A stretch of DNA of 64,000 nt, taken from NCBI GenBank assembly GCA_965199715.1, contig OZ241322.1, forward strand, positions 32,001 to 96,000, written 5' to 3'. This stretch comes from Vicinamibacteria bacterium (lineage in GTDB: Bacteria > Acidobacteriota > Vicinamibacteria > Marinacidobacterales > Marinacidobacteraceae). The notes under the pieces are model-generated. The model saw only the letters and a program-made list of their open reading frames with translations, was not told the DNA's origin and searched no databases. The translations under genes were made by a program, and so were the position numbers. This document shows, piece after piece, positions 39,680-48,894 of this stretch (positions within the stretch are counted from its first letter, which is position 1; each line of letters starts with the position of its first letter).

Positions 39680-40198
39680 ATGGTTTCACGACGACTCGGC
39701 GCGCCGCCCCCCGCGGCTGACGCAACCCGACCGGCGCAGCGGGGGTTCTCGCTCGTCGAAGCTCTCTTCGCCGCGGCTCTTCTCGCGATGGGCGGCGGCG
39801 CCTTCTTGCGCTCGGTGACGGCGGCCGGCGCGGCCGGCCACTCCGCGGTCGGGGCTGACCTCGCGGCCCGCGTGGCCCGCGACCGGCTCGACCGGCTGCA
39901 CGCCGCGCCGATGCACCGCACCTGGCCGCTACCCGGCTACCACCCCTCGGTCGCCCCCGGAGGCGGGGTCGATCCCGGCGGGGCGGGGGTTCCCGGCTAC
40001 GTCGCGTGGTTCGACGAGCATGGGGACGAGACCGACGAGTCCCGGGCGCGTTTCGAGTCCCGGTGGCGCGTCGAGGAGGCGACTCCCGCCGGCGGCGACC
40101 TCGCGGGCCTCGCCTTCACGGTCGTCGTCCTTCCCGTCGGCGGCGGACGCGCTCCCGTCGTCCGCCTCTCCTCCTTCCGGGCGGCGAACGGTGAGTAG
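39680..40198 (+). CDS. Minor pilin, PilV-like
   Basis: QRG|FSLVEALFAAALL prepilin motif; short protein with an SRWRV beta-strand motif. Confidence 0.75.
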   Translation: MVSRRLGAPPPAADATRPAQRGFSLVEALFAAALLAMGGGAFLRSVTAAGAAGHSAVGADLAARVARDRLDRLHAAPMHRTWPLPGYHPSVAPGGGVDPGGAGVPGYVAWFDEHGDETDESRARFESRWRVEEATPAGGDLAGLAFTVVVLPVGGGRAPVVRLSSFRAANGE

Positions 40199-40946
40199 GC
40201 CGGACTCGGGGCTGGCGCTCCCCGTCGCGCTCCTCCTCGTGCTCTCGCTCGCCGTGCTCAGCGCCGCCGTGCTCTCCAGCATCGGCGCCGGCGCCGACGT
40301 CAGCCGGAACCGCCTGTGGGCCGAGACCGCCCGCGGCCGGGCCGAAGCCGGCCTCGAGTACGCGAAGATCGTGCTCGCGGCCTGGGTGAAGCGCGACGGC
40401 GACTGGAGCGGCGCGCTCCCGCCGGCGCGGTCCGCCGTCCGCGTCCGGCGCGGCGCCCCCTGGGGAGCGGCGCTGCCGGCGGATCCGAGCGCCTGCCGGA
40501 ACCCCGAGCGCCCAGGCTGCCGCGACTACCAGATCTTCCGCGACGAGTCCGCAGGCGGGGCGACCGCCCGGATCTACGTCGGGCGCGTGCTGCGCGCCCC
40601 CGGCGGGCGGGCGCTGCTGTTCGACCCCCGCGCCGCCGGTTCGGGCTGGACCCCGGATCCCTCGGAAGTGGATTTGCGCGGCGTGACCGTATGGGCGCGG
40701 CGGCCGGTAGTCGGAACGGCGGACGCCGGCGCGCCCCACGACCGCGTCGTGCTCACCGCCGAGGCGCGGTACCCGCCGCCGGCGGACGAGGCGGACCCCC
40801 ACGCGATGGCGCGCCTCGAGATGACGCTGCGCCTCGCCCCGAGGCCCGCTCCCGCCGCCGACGGCCCGCTCGACTACGGCGGCCCGGGGAACCGCTTCCG
40901 CAACGTGCCGCGCCGCCCCGGCGGGCGCTTCCAGATCGTCGAGTAG
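40191..40946 (+). CDS. Minor pilin, PilX-like
   Basis: SG|LALPVALLLVLSL lacking Glu+5 (PilX/GspK hallmark); AEAGLEYA. Confidence 0.78.
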   Translation: MSRPDSGLALPVALLLVLSLAVLSAAVLSSIGAGADVSRNRLWAETARGRAEAGLEYAKIVLAAWVKRDGDWSGALPPARSAVRVRRGAPWGAALPADPSACRNPERPGCRDYQIFRDESAGGATARIYVGRVLRAPGGRALLFDPRAAGSGWTPDPSEVDLRGVTVWARRPVVGTADAGAPHDRVVLTAEARYPPPADEADPHAMARLEMTLRLAPRPAPAADGPLDYGGPGNRFRNVPRRPGGRFQIVE

Positions 40947-40984
40947 CCCTTGACGGCTCTCATTTCCAAGGAGGAACAGACGTC

Positions 40985-43900
40985 ATGCGTCGCTTTCTTT
41001 CGCTCTTCCTGAGCCTTCTCGTCGCCGCCCCCGCGGGCGGATCCGAGGTCGAGCGGGGTCGCGACCCGCTCCAGCTCGCCCGCAGCGAGGCGCGCCACCG
41101 GGTGTGGGTGCTCCTCGACACCTCGACCTCCATGCACGGGGGCGGGTTCGGACCGCCGCGCAAGCTGCCTGCGGCGGTCCGGACCATCGAGGACGTGATC
41201 GCCGAGTTCCGCGACGAGTCCGGCGAGCCGCTCGCGCACTGGGCGCTCGCCACGTTCCAGGAGCGCCTCGACGAACCGGACTACGAGGAGGACGAGGCGT
41301 GTTCGGACCCCACGCTCGGCGCCGGCCTCCCGTACGGATCGCCCGGGGCGAGGGAGGCGTCGGTCCCGATCTGGTGGGCCCCGTGCCGGGGCGTCGCGAT
41401 CCGGACCGAGCCCGACGCCTGCGACGCGCAGGCGAACGCCGACGACGTGCTGCGGCGCCTCCCGCGGGACGTGAACTCGACCGTGACCCCGAACGGAATC
41501 GGCCTCTGGCAGCTCGCGCTCCACATCCGCGGCGCCGCGGCCGTCGATCCGGTCCCCGGCCGTCGCGACTTCATCCTCGCGCTCACCGACGGCGAGGACA
41601 CCTGCGAGTGCGGCGAGCACTTATGGAAGGACTTCAACGAGGGACCGCGCGGGCGCGCCCGAAGCCGCGACGTCGCCCTGCGCTCGCTCGCCGGATCCCC
41701 CGAAGAAGTGTCCGTGCGCCGGCCGGAGCCCCGCGACCTGTACGCCTGGAACGCCGGGCTGAAGGCGCGGGCCGCCTACCGCGCGCTGCGCGGCGAGGAT
41801 CCGGCGAATCCCGCCGGGGACGTCTTCGTCGTCGGGTACGCGATGGGGGACCCCCGCACCCGGGAGCGCGTGAACCACCTCGGCTGGATGGCGTCCGACC
41901 TCCGGCGCCCGACGATCCACGCCGGGAACGCGGGCGAACTGTTGGGAGCGCTTCGCCGCGCCATGGACGTGGTGACGCTGCCCGACGGGATGTCCGCGCT
42001 CTCCCCGCCGGCGCTAGCCACGGTCAAGGAGCTCGTGGCCCGCTCGCCGTCCCCGGCCTTCCCGGGCAGCGACCCGTCGCTCCAACCCGGCGATCTCGTC
42101 GCCGACCCCTCGGATCCGGACGACCTGAGCCGCGCGCTCCGGCTGCGCGCGGCCTATCGGGACAACATCCTCATCTCCACCGCCGCGGAGCTCCACGAGC
42201 TGCGCGGACACCTCCGAGCGCGGCCGTCAGCCGGCGGCGCGGTCGTCTGGGACGCCGGCGAACGGCTCCGGGACCGCGATCCCGACGGGCGGACGTTGCT
42301 GTTCAACCGGCCCGGCCGGCGCGCGCTGCTTCCCTTCCGGGTGGGGGAGGTCTCCGCCCGGGACGTCGGAGTCGCCGCGGGCTTCCTCGCCGAGTTGGAC
42401 GGAAAGGGCGCCCGGACCGCCGCCGACGCGGCGGAGATCGTGGTGCGGGTCACCCGGGGCGCGGAGCTCGGAATCCACCCGAAGACCGGCCGGATGTACG
42501 GCCCGGGCGGCAGGCTCCACTTCACCGGCGGAGCGGGCACCTGGAAGCTCCGCGAGGCGCTCGCCGCGCCGGTCGCGGTGGGGAGCCCGCCGACGGCCCC
42601 CGACGCCATGACCCGGCGCCGGGACGCCTACCGGCCCTTCTTCGACGCCCACGTGAACCGCCGCACGGTCGCCTACCTGCCCACGAGCGGCGGGATGCTA
42701 CACGCCTTCGCCGCCGACACCGGCCACGAGATCTTCGCGTACGTCCCGGACGACGTGCTCGGCCCCGCGCCCGGCGAGACCGAGCCGGACCGGGTCCTTC
42801 TGCGGGACCTCGTGGAGCAGACCGTCGTTCCCGATCCCGGGTACGAGGCGGCTCGCGCCAGCCGATTCAGCCTCGCTGGGTCGGCCTCGGTGCGCGATCT
42901 CTGGCTCGAGGGCGAGCGGCGGTGGGCGACCGTGCTCGCGTTCGGGCGCGACTACGGCGGGCGCTTCCTGACCGCGCTCGACGTCTCGCAGGTGGGCGAC
43001 GGCTGGCGCGGCGACCTGACCCCGGCGCACGGGGGCCCGCCGCGGCTCCTGTTCAACGTGGGGCCCCGGGACGCGCTCGCCGGACTCGGCCACACGCCGG
43101 TTCCGGCTCTCGCCGAAGTTCCCGGCGCGGACGGCGCGACGTCGGTCGTGTTCCAGACCGCGGGCGCCGGAGCCCCCGGCGACGATTCCGGCGAGTGGCT
43201 CTTCGCGCTCTCGCCGGAGACCGGGAACGTCCTGCGCCGCTACCGGCTCCCGAGCGACTCCGGCGCCCGGATCGCGGCGAACGCCACCCCGGCGCCGCCC
43301 GCGCTCTGGCGCGAGTCCTACGCCGACCGCGACGGCGGCGATCTCGTGACGCGCGTGTTCGCAGCGGACGTGCAGGGGCAGATCCACCGCCTCGACGTCC
43401 GCGACCCGAGTCGCTGGAAGTGGGGCCGGGCGTTCTCGCTGGGGCCGGACCAACCGGTCCTGACCGCCCCGGTCGCGCTCGCGCTGCCGGGCCGCACCGA
43501 ACCGCACCTCCTGGTCGTGACGGGCGGGGATCGCCGGATTCCCGGCGGCGCGTCGCAGTTGGCGCTCCTGCGCGAATCGGGAACCCGGCTCGTGGAGGTC
43601 TGGCGGCGGTCGCTCGACCCCGGCGAGGCCCCTCAGGGGGTCCCCGCGGTGGTCTCGGATGGCGCGAACGTGGACGTGCTCCTCGCCACCCGGCTGTCCA
43701 CGACTTCGGGCGAGGACTGCTCGGGAGTCGTCCGGGAGTCCCGGTCGCGGCTGCGCGCCTTCGACGGCCTCACCGGCGCTCCCGCCGCCGGCGTCGTCGC
43801 GACGGACGCCGCGTTTCGGGAGCTCGGCCCCGGCGCGGTCCGGGGGATCGCGCTGTCGGCCTCGGGCAATGCGGCGCTGAGCTTCTCGTCGGGCGCGGGC

Positions 43901-44005
43901 GAGGTGATCGACGCGGTCATCGGCGACTTCAAGTTCCGCATCCCCGACCGCGCCCTCAAGGACGTGACGCTGTTCGTCGAGGGATTCCGGCGCTCGCCGT
44001 TCTGA
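40985..44005 (+). CDS. PilY1-like pilus tip adhesin (vWA plus beta-propeller)
   Basis: AGGAGG RBS; signal peptide; MIDAS LLDTSTSM...TP...LTDGED; GMLHAFAADTGHEIFAYVP, TALDVS, FAADVQGQIHRLDV. Confidence 0.85.
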   Translation: MRRFLSLFLSLLVAAPAGGSEVERGRDPLQLARSEARHRVWVLLDTSTSMHGGGFGPPRKLPAAVRTIEDVIAEFRDESGEPLAHWALATFQERLDEPDYEEDEACSDPTLGAGLPYGSPGAREASVPIWWAPCRGVAIRTEPDACDAQANADDVLRRLPRDVNSTVTPNGIGLWQLALHIRGAAAVDPVPGRRDFILALTDGEDTCECGEHLWKDFNEGPRGRARSRDVALRSLAGSPEEVSVRRPEPRDLYAWNAGLKARAAYRALRGEDPANPAGDVFVVGYAMGDPRTRERVNHLGWMASDLRRPTIHAGNAGELLGALRRAMDVVTLPDGMSALSPPALATVKELVARSPSPAFPGSDPSLQPGDLVADPSDPDDLSRALRLRAAYRDNILISTAAELHELRGHLRARPSAGGAVVWDAGERLRDRDPDGRTLLFNRPGRRALLPFRVGEVSARDVGVAAGFLAELDGKGARTAADAAEIVVRVTRGAELGIHPKTGRMYGPGGRLHFTGGAGTWKLREALAAPVAVGSPPTAPDAMTRRRDAYRPFFDAHVNRRTVAYLPTSGGMLHAFAADTGHEIFAYVPDDVLGPAPGETEPDRVLLRDLVEQTVVPDPGYEAARASRFSLAGSASVRDLWLEGERRWATVLAFGRDYGGRFLTALDVSQVGDGWRGDLTPAHGGPPRLLFNVGPRDALAGLGHTPVPALAEVPGADGATSVVFQTAGAGAPGDDSGEWLFALSPETGNVLRRYRLPSDSGARIAANATPAPPALWRESYADRDGGDLVTRVFAADVQGQIHRLDVRDPSRWKWGRAFSLGPDQPVLTAPVALALPGRTEPHLLVVTGGDRRIPGGASQLALLRESGTRLVEVWRRSLDPGEAPQGVPAVVSDGANVDVLLATRLSTTSGEDCSGVVRESRSRLRAFDGLTGAPAAGVVATDAAFRELGPGAVRGIALSASGNAALSFSSGAGEVIDAVIGDFKFRIPDRALKDVTLFVEGFRRSPF

Positions 44006-44007
44006 CC

Positions 44008-45279
44008 ATGTCCGCTTCGCGCAGAAGCGCCGGATTCACGCTCGTCGAGGCGATCCTCGTCGCCGCGGTCACGCTCTTCGTCGTGGGCGGCTTCCTCGTC
44101 CTGTTTCGCGCCGGGCAGGGGGCCTTCCGGACCGGGCCCGAGGGAGCGGCGCTGCAACTGGACGCCGCCGCCATGCTGGACCTCGTCGCCCGCGACCTCG
44201 AACGGGCGGGCTCGGGGCTTCCGCCGGAGGTCCCCGTGTTCAACGATCTCGGGCAAGCCGGCGACCGGAACCCCGACGGGCTTGACTTTCTCGCCGCGCC
44301 CGAGCGCCTCGCCGCAACCGGATTCGAGCCGGTCGTCGCTTTCGACGGCGCCGTCGCCCGGCTCGACGCGCCCCGCAGCCGCCTCGAACCCAACTCCCTC
44401 GCCGTGGTCTTCAACGACGACGAGATGACGCCCCGCTGGGCGCTCGGCGAAGTGGCCGAGGCGTCCCGGGGCGGCGGTTCGCCGCAGTCTCCGTCGGGCG
44501 CGCGAGTGCGGCTGCGCCCGATCCGCAACGACTGGCACTTCCACTTCCGCTCGCTCGACTCCGGCACCTTCGAGCCGGGCGGAGGCGGCGGGCTCATGCA
44601 GCGCGCCCTCACGAGCGTGCTGGGCGGAATCATCGAGGCGGCGCTCCCCGGGCTCGGATCCGGCCCCGCCGGGGCCCTCACCGACCAGGTCGTCTCGACG
44701 ATGCTGGAGCAACTCGGCGAGAAAACCCGAAAGAAGAAAGGGAAGGGGAAAGGGAAGTCCGTTCCCGGCGGAACGGACGAGGAGGACGCGAACTTCGGCC
44801 CTTTCGGCCTCGGCCAGCCGGGACTCGTGCCCGTGTCCCGGATCCGCTACTGGCTGCGCGAGCCCCGTGCGCGGGACGGGGGCCGGCGCACGCTCATGCG
44901 GCAGGTGGACGACGGCCAGCCGCAGCCGGTCGGGTTCGCCGAGGACTTCCAGGTCCGCTACGTCACCGGACGCGACGCGGACCGGATGGGCGGCGCGCCG
45001 CCCGCCCTCATCGGCGACATGAAGACGGCCCGCCAGCTCGGCGACCGGATCGTGCGGGCGGTGGACGTGGAGATCCGGGTGGCGTCCAGCGACGCGCCGA
45101 GCCGCGGCCCCTCGAACGAAGCGGAGTCCCGGACGACGACCGTGCGCCGCCGGGTCGGGCTTCGCGTGACGGCCGCCGGGGTCGGACGGCGGGCGTGGGA
45201 GGAGAGCATGCAGCGCAACGCGCTTCCCACCGAGATCCCGCGGATCGGCCCGCTTCGCTTCATCAAGCTGCCGTGGTGA
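44008..45279 (+). CDS. Minor pilin, PilW-like, with internal insertion
   Basis: AG|FTLVEAIL, ARDLERAG, IRYWL...LMRQ...EDFQVRY...VRAVDVEI. Confidence 0.8.
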   Translation: MSASRRSAGFTLVEAILVAAVTLFVVGGFLVLFRAGQGAFRTGPEGAALQLDAAAMLDLVARDLERAGSGLPPEVPVFNDLGQAGDRNPDGLDFLAAPERLAATGFEPVVAFDGAVARLDAPRSRLEPNSLAVVFNDDEMTPRWALGEVAEASRGGGSPQSPSGARVRLRPIRNDWHFHFRSLDSGTFEPGGGGGLMQRALTSVLGGIIEAALPGLGSGPAGALTDQVVSTMLEQLGEKTRKKKGKGKGKSVPGGTDEEDANFGPFGLGQPGLVPVSRIRYWLREPRARDGGRRTLMRQVDDGQPQPVGFAEDFQVRYVTGRDADRMGGAPPALIGDMKTARQLGDRIVRAVDVEIRVASSDAPSRGPSNEAESRTTTVRRRVGLRVTAAGVGRRAWEESMQRNALPTEIPRIGPLRFIKLPW

Positions 45280-46003
45280 TCTCCGGTTTCGCCCCCGAGT
45301 GGATCGCGACCGTCCCCAGCGTGCGTTTCGTCCACGAGACCGCGCCGAACCCGGCCGCCCGCAGGCTCGCCGCCAGGTCGTCCGCGTCGGGGAAGTCGAG
45401 GATCGAGTCCCGGAGGTACCCGTACGGGGCCCGCCCGGGAGCGGCCAGCGCCGCGAGCGTCGGCACGCCGAGCCGCAGCCACGCGCCGTGCAGGAGCCGG
45501 ACGCCGGCGTTCCCCGGCCGGGAGAACTCGAGGACGACGAGCCGTCCGCCGGGGACGAGCACCCGCAGGATCTCGGCGAGGCCCGCGCCGAGGTCCGGCA
45601 GGTTGCGCACCCCGAACCCCACCGTCGCCCCGTCGAAGCTCCCGTCAGGGAAGGGGAGCCGCATCGCGTCGCCGGCCACCCACGCGATCGGGCGGCGGCG
45701 CGCCTCGGCCTTGACCTGCGCGCGGCCGAGCATCGCCGGCGTGAAGTCGCACCCCACCGTCCGCAGCTCCCGAGGAACCTCGAGCGCGAGGTCGCCGGTC
45801 CCGCAGCACAGGTCCAGAATCCGGTCGCCGGGCAGCGGAGCGCCGCCGAGGAGCCGGGCGCGCGCCGCCTTGCGCCATCCCCGGTCCAGACCGACGCTCA
45901 GGAGCCGGTTCATGCGGTCGTAGCCGGGCGCCACGGCGTCGAACATGCCCTGGACGGCGCCGGGCGTCCGCCGGAACGCGTCGGGGCTGCGCTCGAATGC
46001 CAC
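45263..46003 (-). CDS. menG: Ubiquinone/menaquinone biosynthesis C-methyltransferase (UbiE/MenG)
   Basis: MFDAVAPGYDRMNRLLSVGLD..WR, LDLCCGTGD, GDAMRLPF, FGVRN, YGYLRDSI. Confidence 0.92.
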   Translation of the reverse strand: MAFERSPDAFRRTPGAVQGMFDAVAPGYDRMNRLLSVGLDRGWRKAARARLLGGAPLPGDRILDLCCGTGDLALEVPRELRTVGCDFTPAMLGRAQVKAEARRRPIAWVAGDAMRLPFPDGSFDGATVGFGVRNLPDLGAGLAEILRVLVPGGRLVVLEFSRPGNAGVRLLHGAWLRLGVPTLAALAAPGRAPYGYLRDSILDFPDADDLAASLRAAGFGAVSWTKRTLGTVAIHSGAKPEITTAA

Positions 46004-46078
46004 GGGCCGGGATTCTGGCGCCGATCCCCCGGCGATAATCTTCCGCGCCCGGTGTCCGCCTCTTCTCCGCTCCTCCTG

Positions 46079-46408
46079 ATGATCGGCCCGCTCGGGGTTC
46101 AGGAGATGGTCGTCATCATGCTCTTGGCGCTGATGCTGTTCGGACCCCGGAAGCTGCCGCAGATCGGCAAGACGCTCGGAAAGAGCCTCGCCGAGTTCCG
46201 CCGGACCAGCAACGAGCTCAAGAACACCCTGGAGCGCGAGGTCCAGATGGAGGAGTTCCGCAACGCCCGGTCGGAGATGAAGGGCTTTCAGCAGGATCTG
46301 CGCGAGGGGCTCGCCGGCTCCGACTCCGGTCGGCCTCCGGAGGACGACCCCGACGAGCCCCCCGCCGAGTCGTCCGAATCCCCGCCGGACGAACCGCCGC
46401 GTGCCTGA
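46079..46408 (+). CDS. Twin-arginine translocase TatA/TatB subunit
   Basis: GVQEMVVIMLLALMLFGPRKLP plus amphipathic helix and acidic tail; overlaps tatC. Confidence 0.9.
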   Translation: MIGPLGVQEMVVIMLLALMLFGPRKLPQIGKTLGKSLAEFRRTSNELKNTLEREVQMEEFRNARSEMKGFQQDLREGLAGSDSGRPPEDDPDEPPAESSESPPDEPPRA

Positions 46409-47210
46409 ACCGGAAGACGTCGCGGACGGCTCCGGCGAGGGCGGCGGCGCCCCCGACCGGATGACCTTCCTCGAGCACCTGGACGAGCTCCGCACCCGCC
46501 TGATCCGGGCGGTCATGGCCATCGGCGTGACGTTCGTCGCGTGCTTCTTCTTCTACGAGCGGATCTTCAACTTCCTGATGCAGCCGCTGCGGGAGGTGCT
46601 GGACCCGCTCGGCGGCGAGCTCATCGCGACCGCCCCCACCGAGATCTTCTACCTCGGCATGAAGATGAGCCTGTTGGTCGCGGTGCTCGTCTCGACCCCC
46701 GCGTGGCTCGGGCAGGTCTGGGGTTTCGTGGCCCCCGGCCTCTACAAGCACGAGCGCCGGCTCGCGTGGCCGCTCGTGGGGCTCGGCTCGATGTTCTTCG
46801 TGCTCGGCGCGGTCTTCGCGCACGCCGTCCTCTTCCCCGCGGCCGCGGGCTTCCTCGGCACGTTCGGAGGGGGCGGCGAGGGGATCGAGCTTCGCTACAA
46901 GGTCTCCGAGGTGTTCAGCTTCTACGCCCGCGTGGTGCTGGGCTCCGCGATCGTCTTCCAGATTCCGACGCTCGCGCTGGCGCTCTCGCGCCTCGGGCTC
47001 GTCACGCCCCGGATGCTCTGGAAGTACTTCCGCTTCGCGGTGCTCGGCGCCTTCGTCCTCGCCGCGCTCCTGACCCCGCCGGACCCGACCACCCAGATTA
47101 TCCTCGCCGGCCCGATGATCGTCCTGTATCTGGTCTCCATCGGGATCGCGTGGGTCGGCAACCGCAGCCGCCGCAAGCGGCGCGAGGAGGCCTCGGGCGA
47201 CGGCTCGTGA
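46401..47210 (+). CDS. tatC: Twin-arginine translocase TatC
   Basis: MTFLEHLDELRTRL, QVWGFVAPGLYKHE, FQIP, LTPPDP. Confidence 0.96.
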   Translation: MPEPEDVADGSGEGGGAPDRMTFLEHLDELRTRLIRAVMAIGVTFVACFFFYERIFNFLMQPLREVLDPLGGELIATAPTEIFYLGMKMSLLVAVLVSTPAWLGQVWGFVAPGLYKHERRLAWPLVGLGSMFFVLGAVFAHAVLFPAAAGFLGTFGGGGEGIELRYKVSEVFSFYARVVLGSAIVFQIPTLALALSRLGLVTPRMLWKYFRFAVLGAFVLAALLTPPDPTTQIILAGPMIVLYLVSIGIAWVGNRSRRKRREEASGDGS

Positions 47211-47250
47211 TCGCCGCCGGCGCGCGCCGCGGGGCTGCTAGGATGCGGCC

Positions 47251-48894
47251 ATGCCGAAGGCCCGCCTGATCGGCAGGGCGTCGCTCCTGCCTCTCCTGGT
47301 CGCTTCCACCATCGCGGTCGCGGTGGCCGCGCCGGACCCGTGGAAAGAGCTCCGCCAGTGGCACGTGAACGTGATCCGCACGGTGGAGACCGAGTACGTC
47401 CGCGAGATCAGCCCCGAGACGCTCACGAGCGCCACGGTGTCGGGCATGCTGGCCCGACTCGATCCGCACTCGAGCCTGATGCCGCCGCAGAACTACCGGC
47501 AGATGCGCGAGCGCCAGCAGGGCGGCTACGTGGGCCTCGGGATCCGGGTGCAGCAGCGCAACGGCCTCCTCACCGTGGTCTCGCCCTTCGAGGGCACGCC
47601 GGCGTATCGGCTCGGCATCCGCGCCGGCGACGTGATCTCGCGGATCGAGGGCGTGGACGCCACCGAGTACGACATGGACGGCGCCGTCTCCCGCCTCAGG
47701 GGGCCGCAGGGAACCGCGGTCCGCATCACGATCACCCGGCCGGGCTACGACGCGCCGCTCGACTTCACCGTGATCCGGGACCGGATCGCGCTCCGCAGCG
47801 TCCCGTACTTCTTCCTGCTCGACGCGGAGGAGCCCACCGGCTACGTCCGGATCTCCGACTTCAACGAGAACACCGACCAGGAGCTCAAGGACGCCATCGT
47901 CGAGCTCCGGCTCCAGGGCGCGGAACGGCTCATGGTGGACCTCCGCCGGAATCCGGGCGGCCTTCTGAACCAGGCCGTCTCGGTGTCCAACGTCTTCCTG
48001 AAGCAGGGCAAGGAAGTGGTCTCGATCCGCGGACGCGACGCGCGCATGGATCAGGAGTACCACGCCCGGGAGCCGAGCCCTCACGCGGATCTCCCGCTGG
48101 TCGTCCTCGTCTCGAGGGAGAGCGCGTCCGCGTCGGAGATCGTGGCCGGAGCCGTGCAAGACCATGACCGGGGCCTCATCGTCGGCGAGAACACCTACGG
48201 AAAGGGCCTCGTCCAGTCGGTGTTCCAGCTTCCCCACGGCTACGCGCTCGGCCTGACCTCGGCGCAGTACTTCACCCCCAGCGGCCGGCGGCTTCAGCGC
48301 GACTACGACTCGGGCGACTTCCTCGCCTACTACCAGGGGCGCGGCGAGCACGACTCCAACGACGAGGCGGGGACCGTCGTCCGGACCGGAATCGGCCGCG
48401 AGCTCTCGGGCGGCGGCGGAATCGAACCCGACCACGAGGCGCGCACCCCGGACCTTCCGGACGCCGTGCTGGAGCTGGAGCAGCGGGGAGCCTTCTTCCG
48501 CTTCGCCACCCGTTTCGTCCCGAAGGACGGCCGCGGCGCCGTCGATGGGGCGGGGGAGCGCCCCGACGAGCTCACCGCCCGGGGCGCGAACGTCCGCGCC
48601 GTCGATCAGGCCTTCCGCGCCGACGAGCGGGCCTTCGAGGAGTTCTTCGCCTTCCTCGAAGAGGAGAACGTGGCCCACGACCGGGAGGCGCTCGAGGCCC
48701 ACCGCGAGCCGATGGCCATCCGGATCGAGAGCGAGGTCTTTCACCTGCTGTGGGGCCCCGGAGCGGCCCAGCGGGCGGTGATCGACCGCGACCCGCAGGT
48801 CCGGGCGGGGCTCGATCTCATGCCGCGGGCGGCGCTCCTGCTCGAGGACCCGGACGCCTACCTCACGACGATGGGCGGTTCGGGACTCCAGTGA
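47251..48894 (+). CDS. S41 carboxyl-terminal processing protease (PDZ)
   Basis: LDPHS, GLGI, DLRRNPGG, SASASEI, TYGKGLVQ, YFTPSGR. Confidence 0.93.
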   Translation: MPKARLIGRASLLPLLVASTIAVAVAAPDPWKELRQWHVNVIRTVETEYVREISPETLTSATVSGMLARLDPHSSLMPPQNYRQMRERQQGGYVGLGIRVQQRNGLLTVVSPFEGTPAYRLGIRAGDVISRIEGVDATEYDMDGAVSRLRGPQGTAVRITITRPGYDAPLDFTVIRDRIALRSVPYFFLLDAEEPTGYVRISDFNENTDQELKDAIVELRLQGAERLMVDLRRNPGGLLNQAVSVSNVFLKQGKEVVSIRGRDARMDQEYHAREPSPHADLPLVVLVSRESASASEIVAGAVQDHDRGLIVGENTYGKGLVQSVFQLPHGYALGLTSAQYFTPSGRRLQRDYDSGDFLAYYQGRGEHDSNDEAGTVVRTGIGRELSGGGGIEPDHEARTPDLPDAVLELEQRGAFFRFATRFVPKDGRGAVDGAGERPDELTARGANVRAVDQAFRADERAFEEFFAFLEEENVAHDREALEAHREPMAIRIESEVFHLLWGPGAAQRAVIDRDPQVRAGLDLMPRAALLLEDPDAYLTTMGGSGLQ

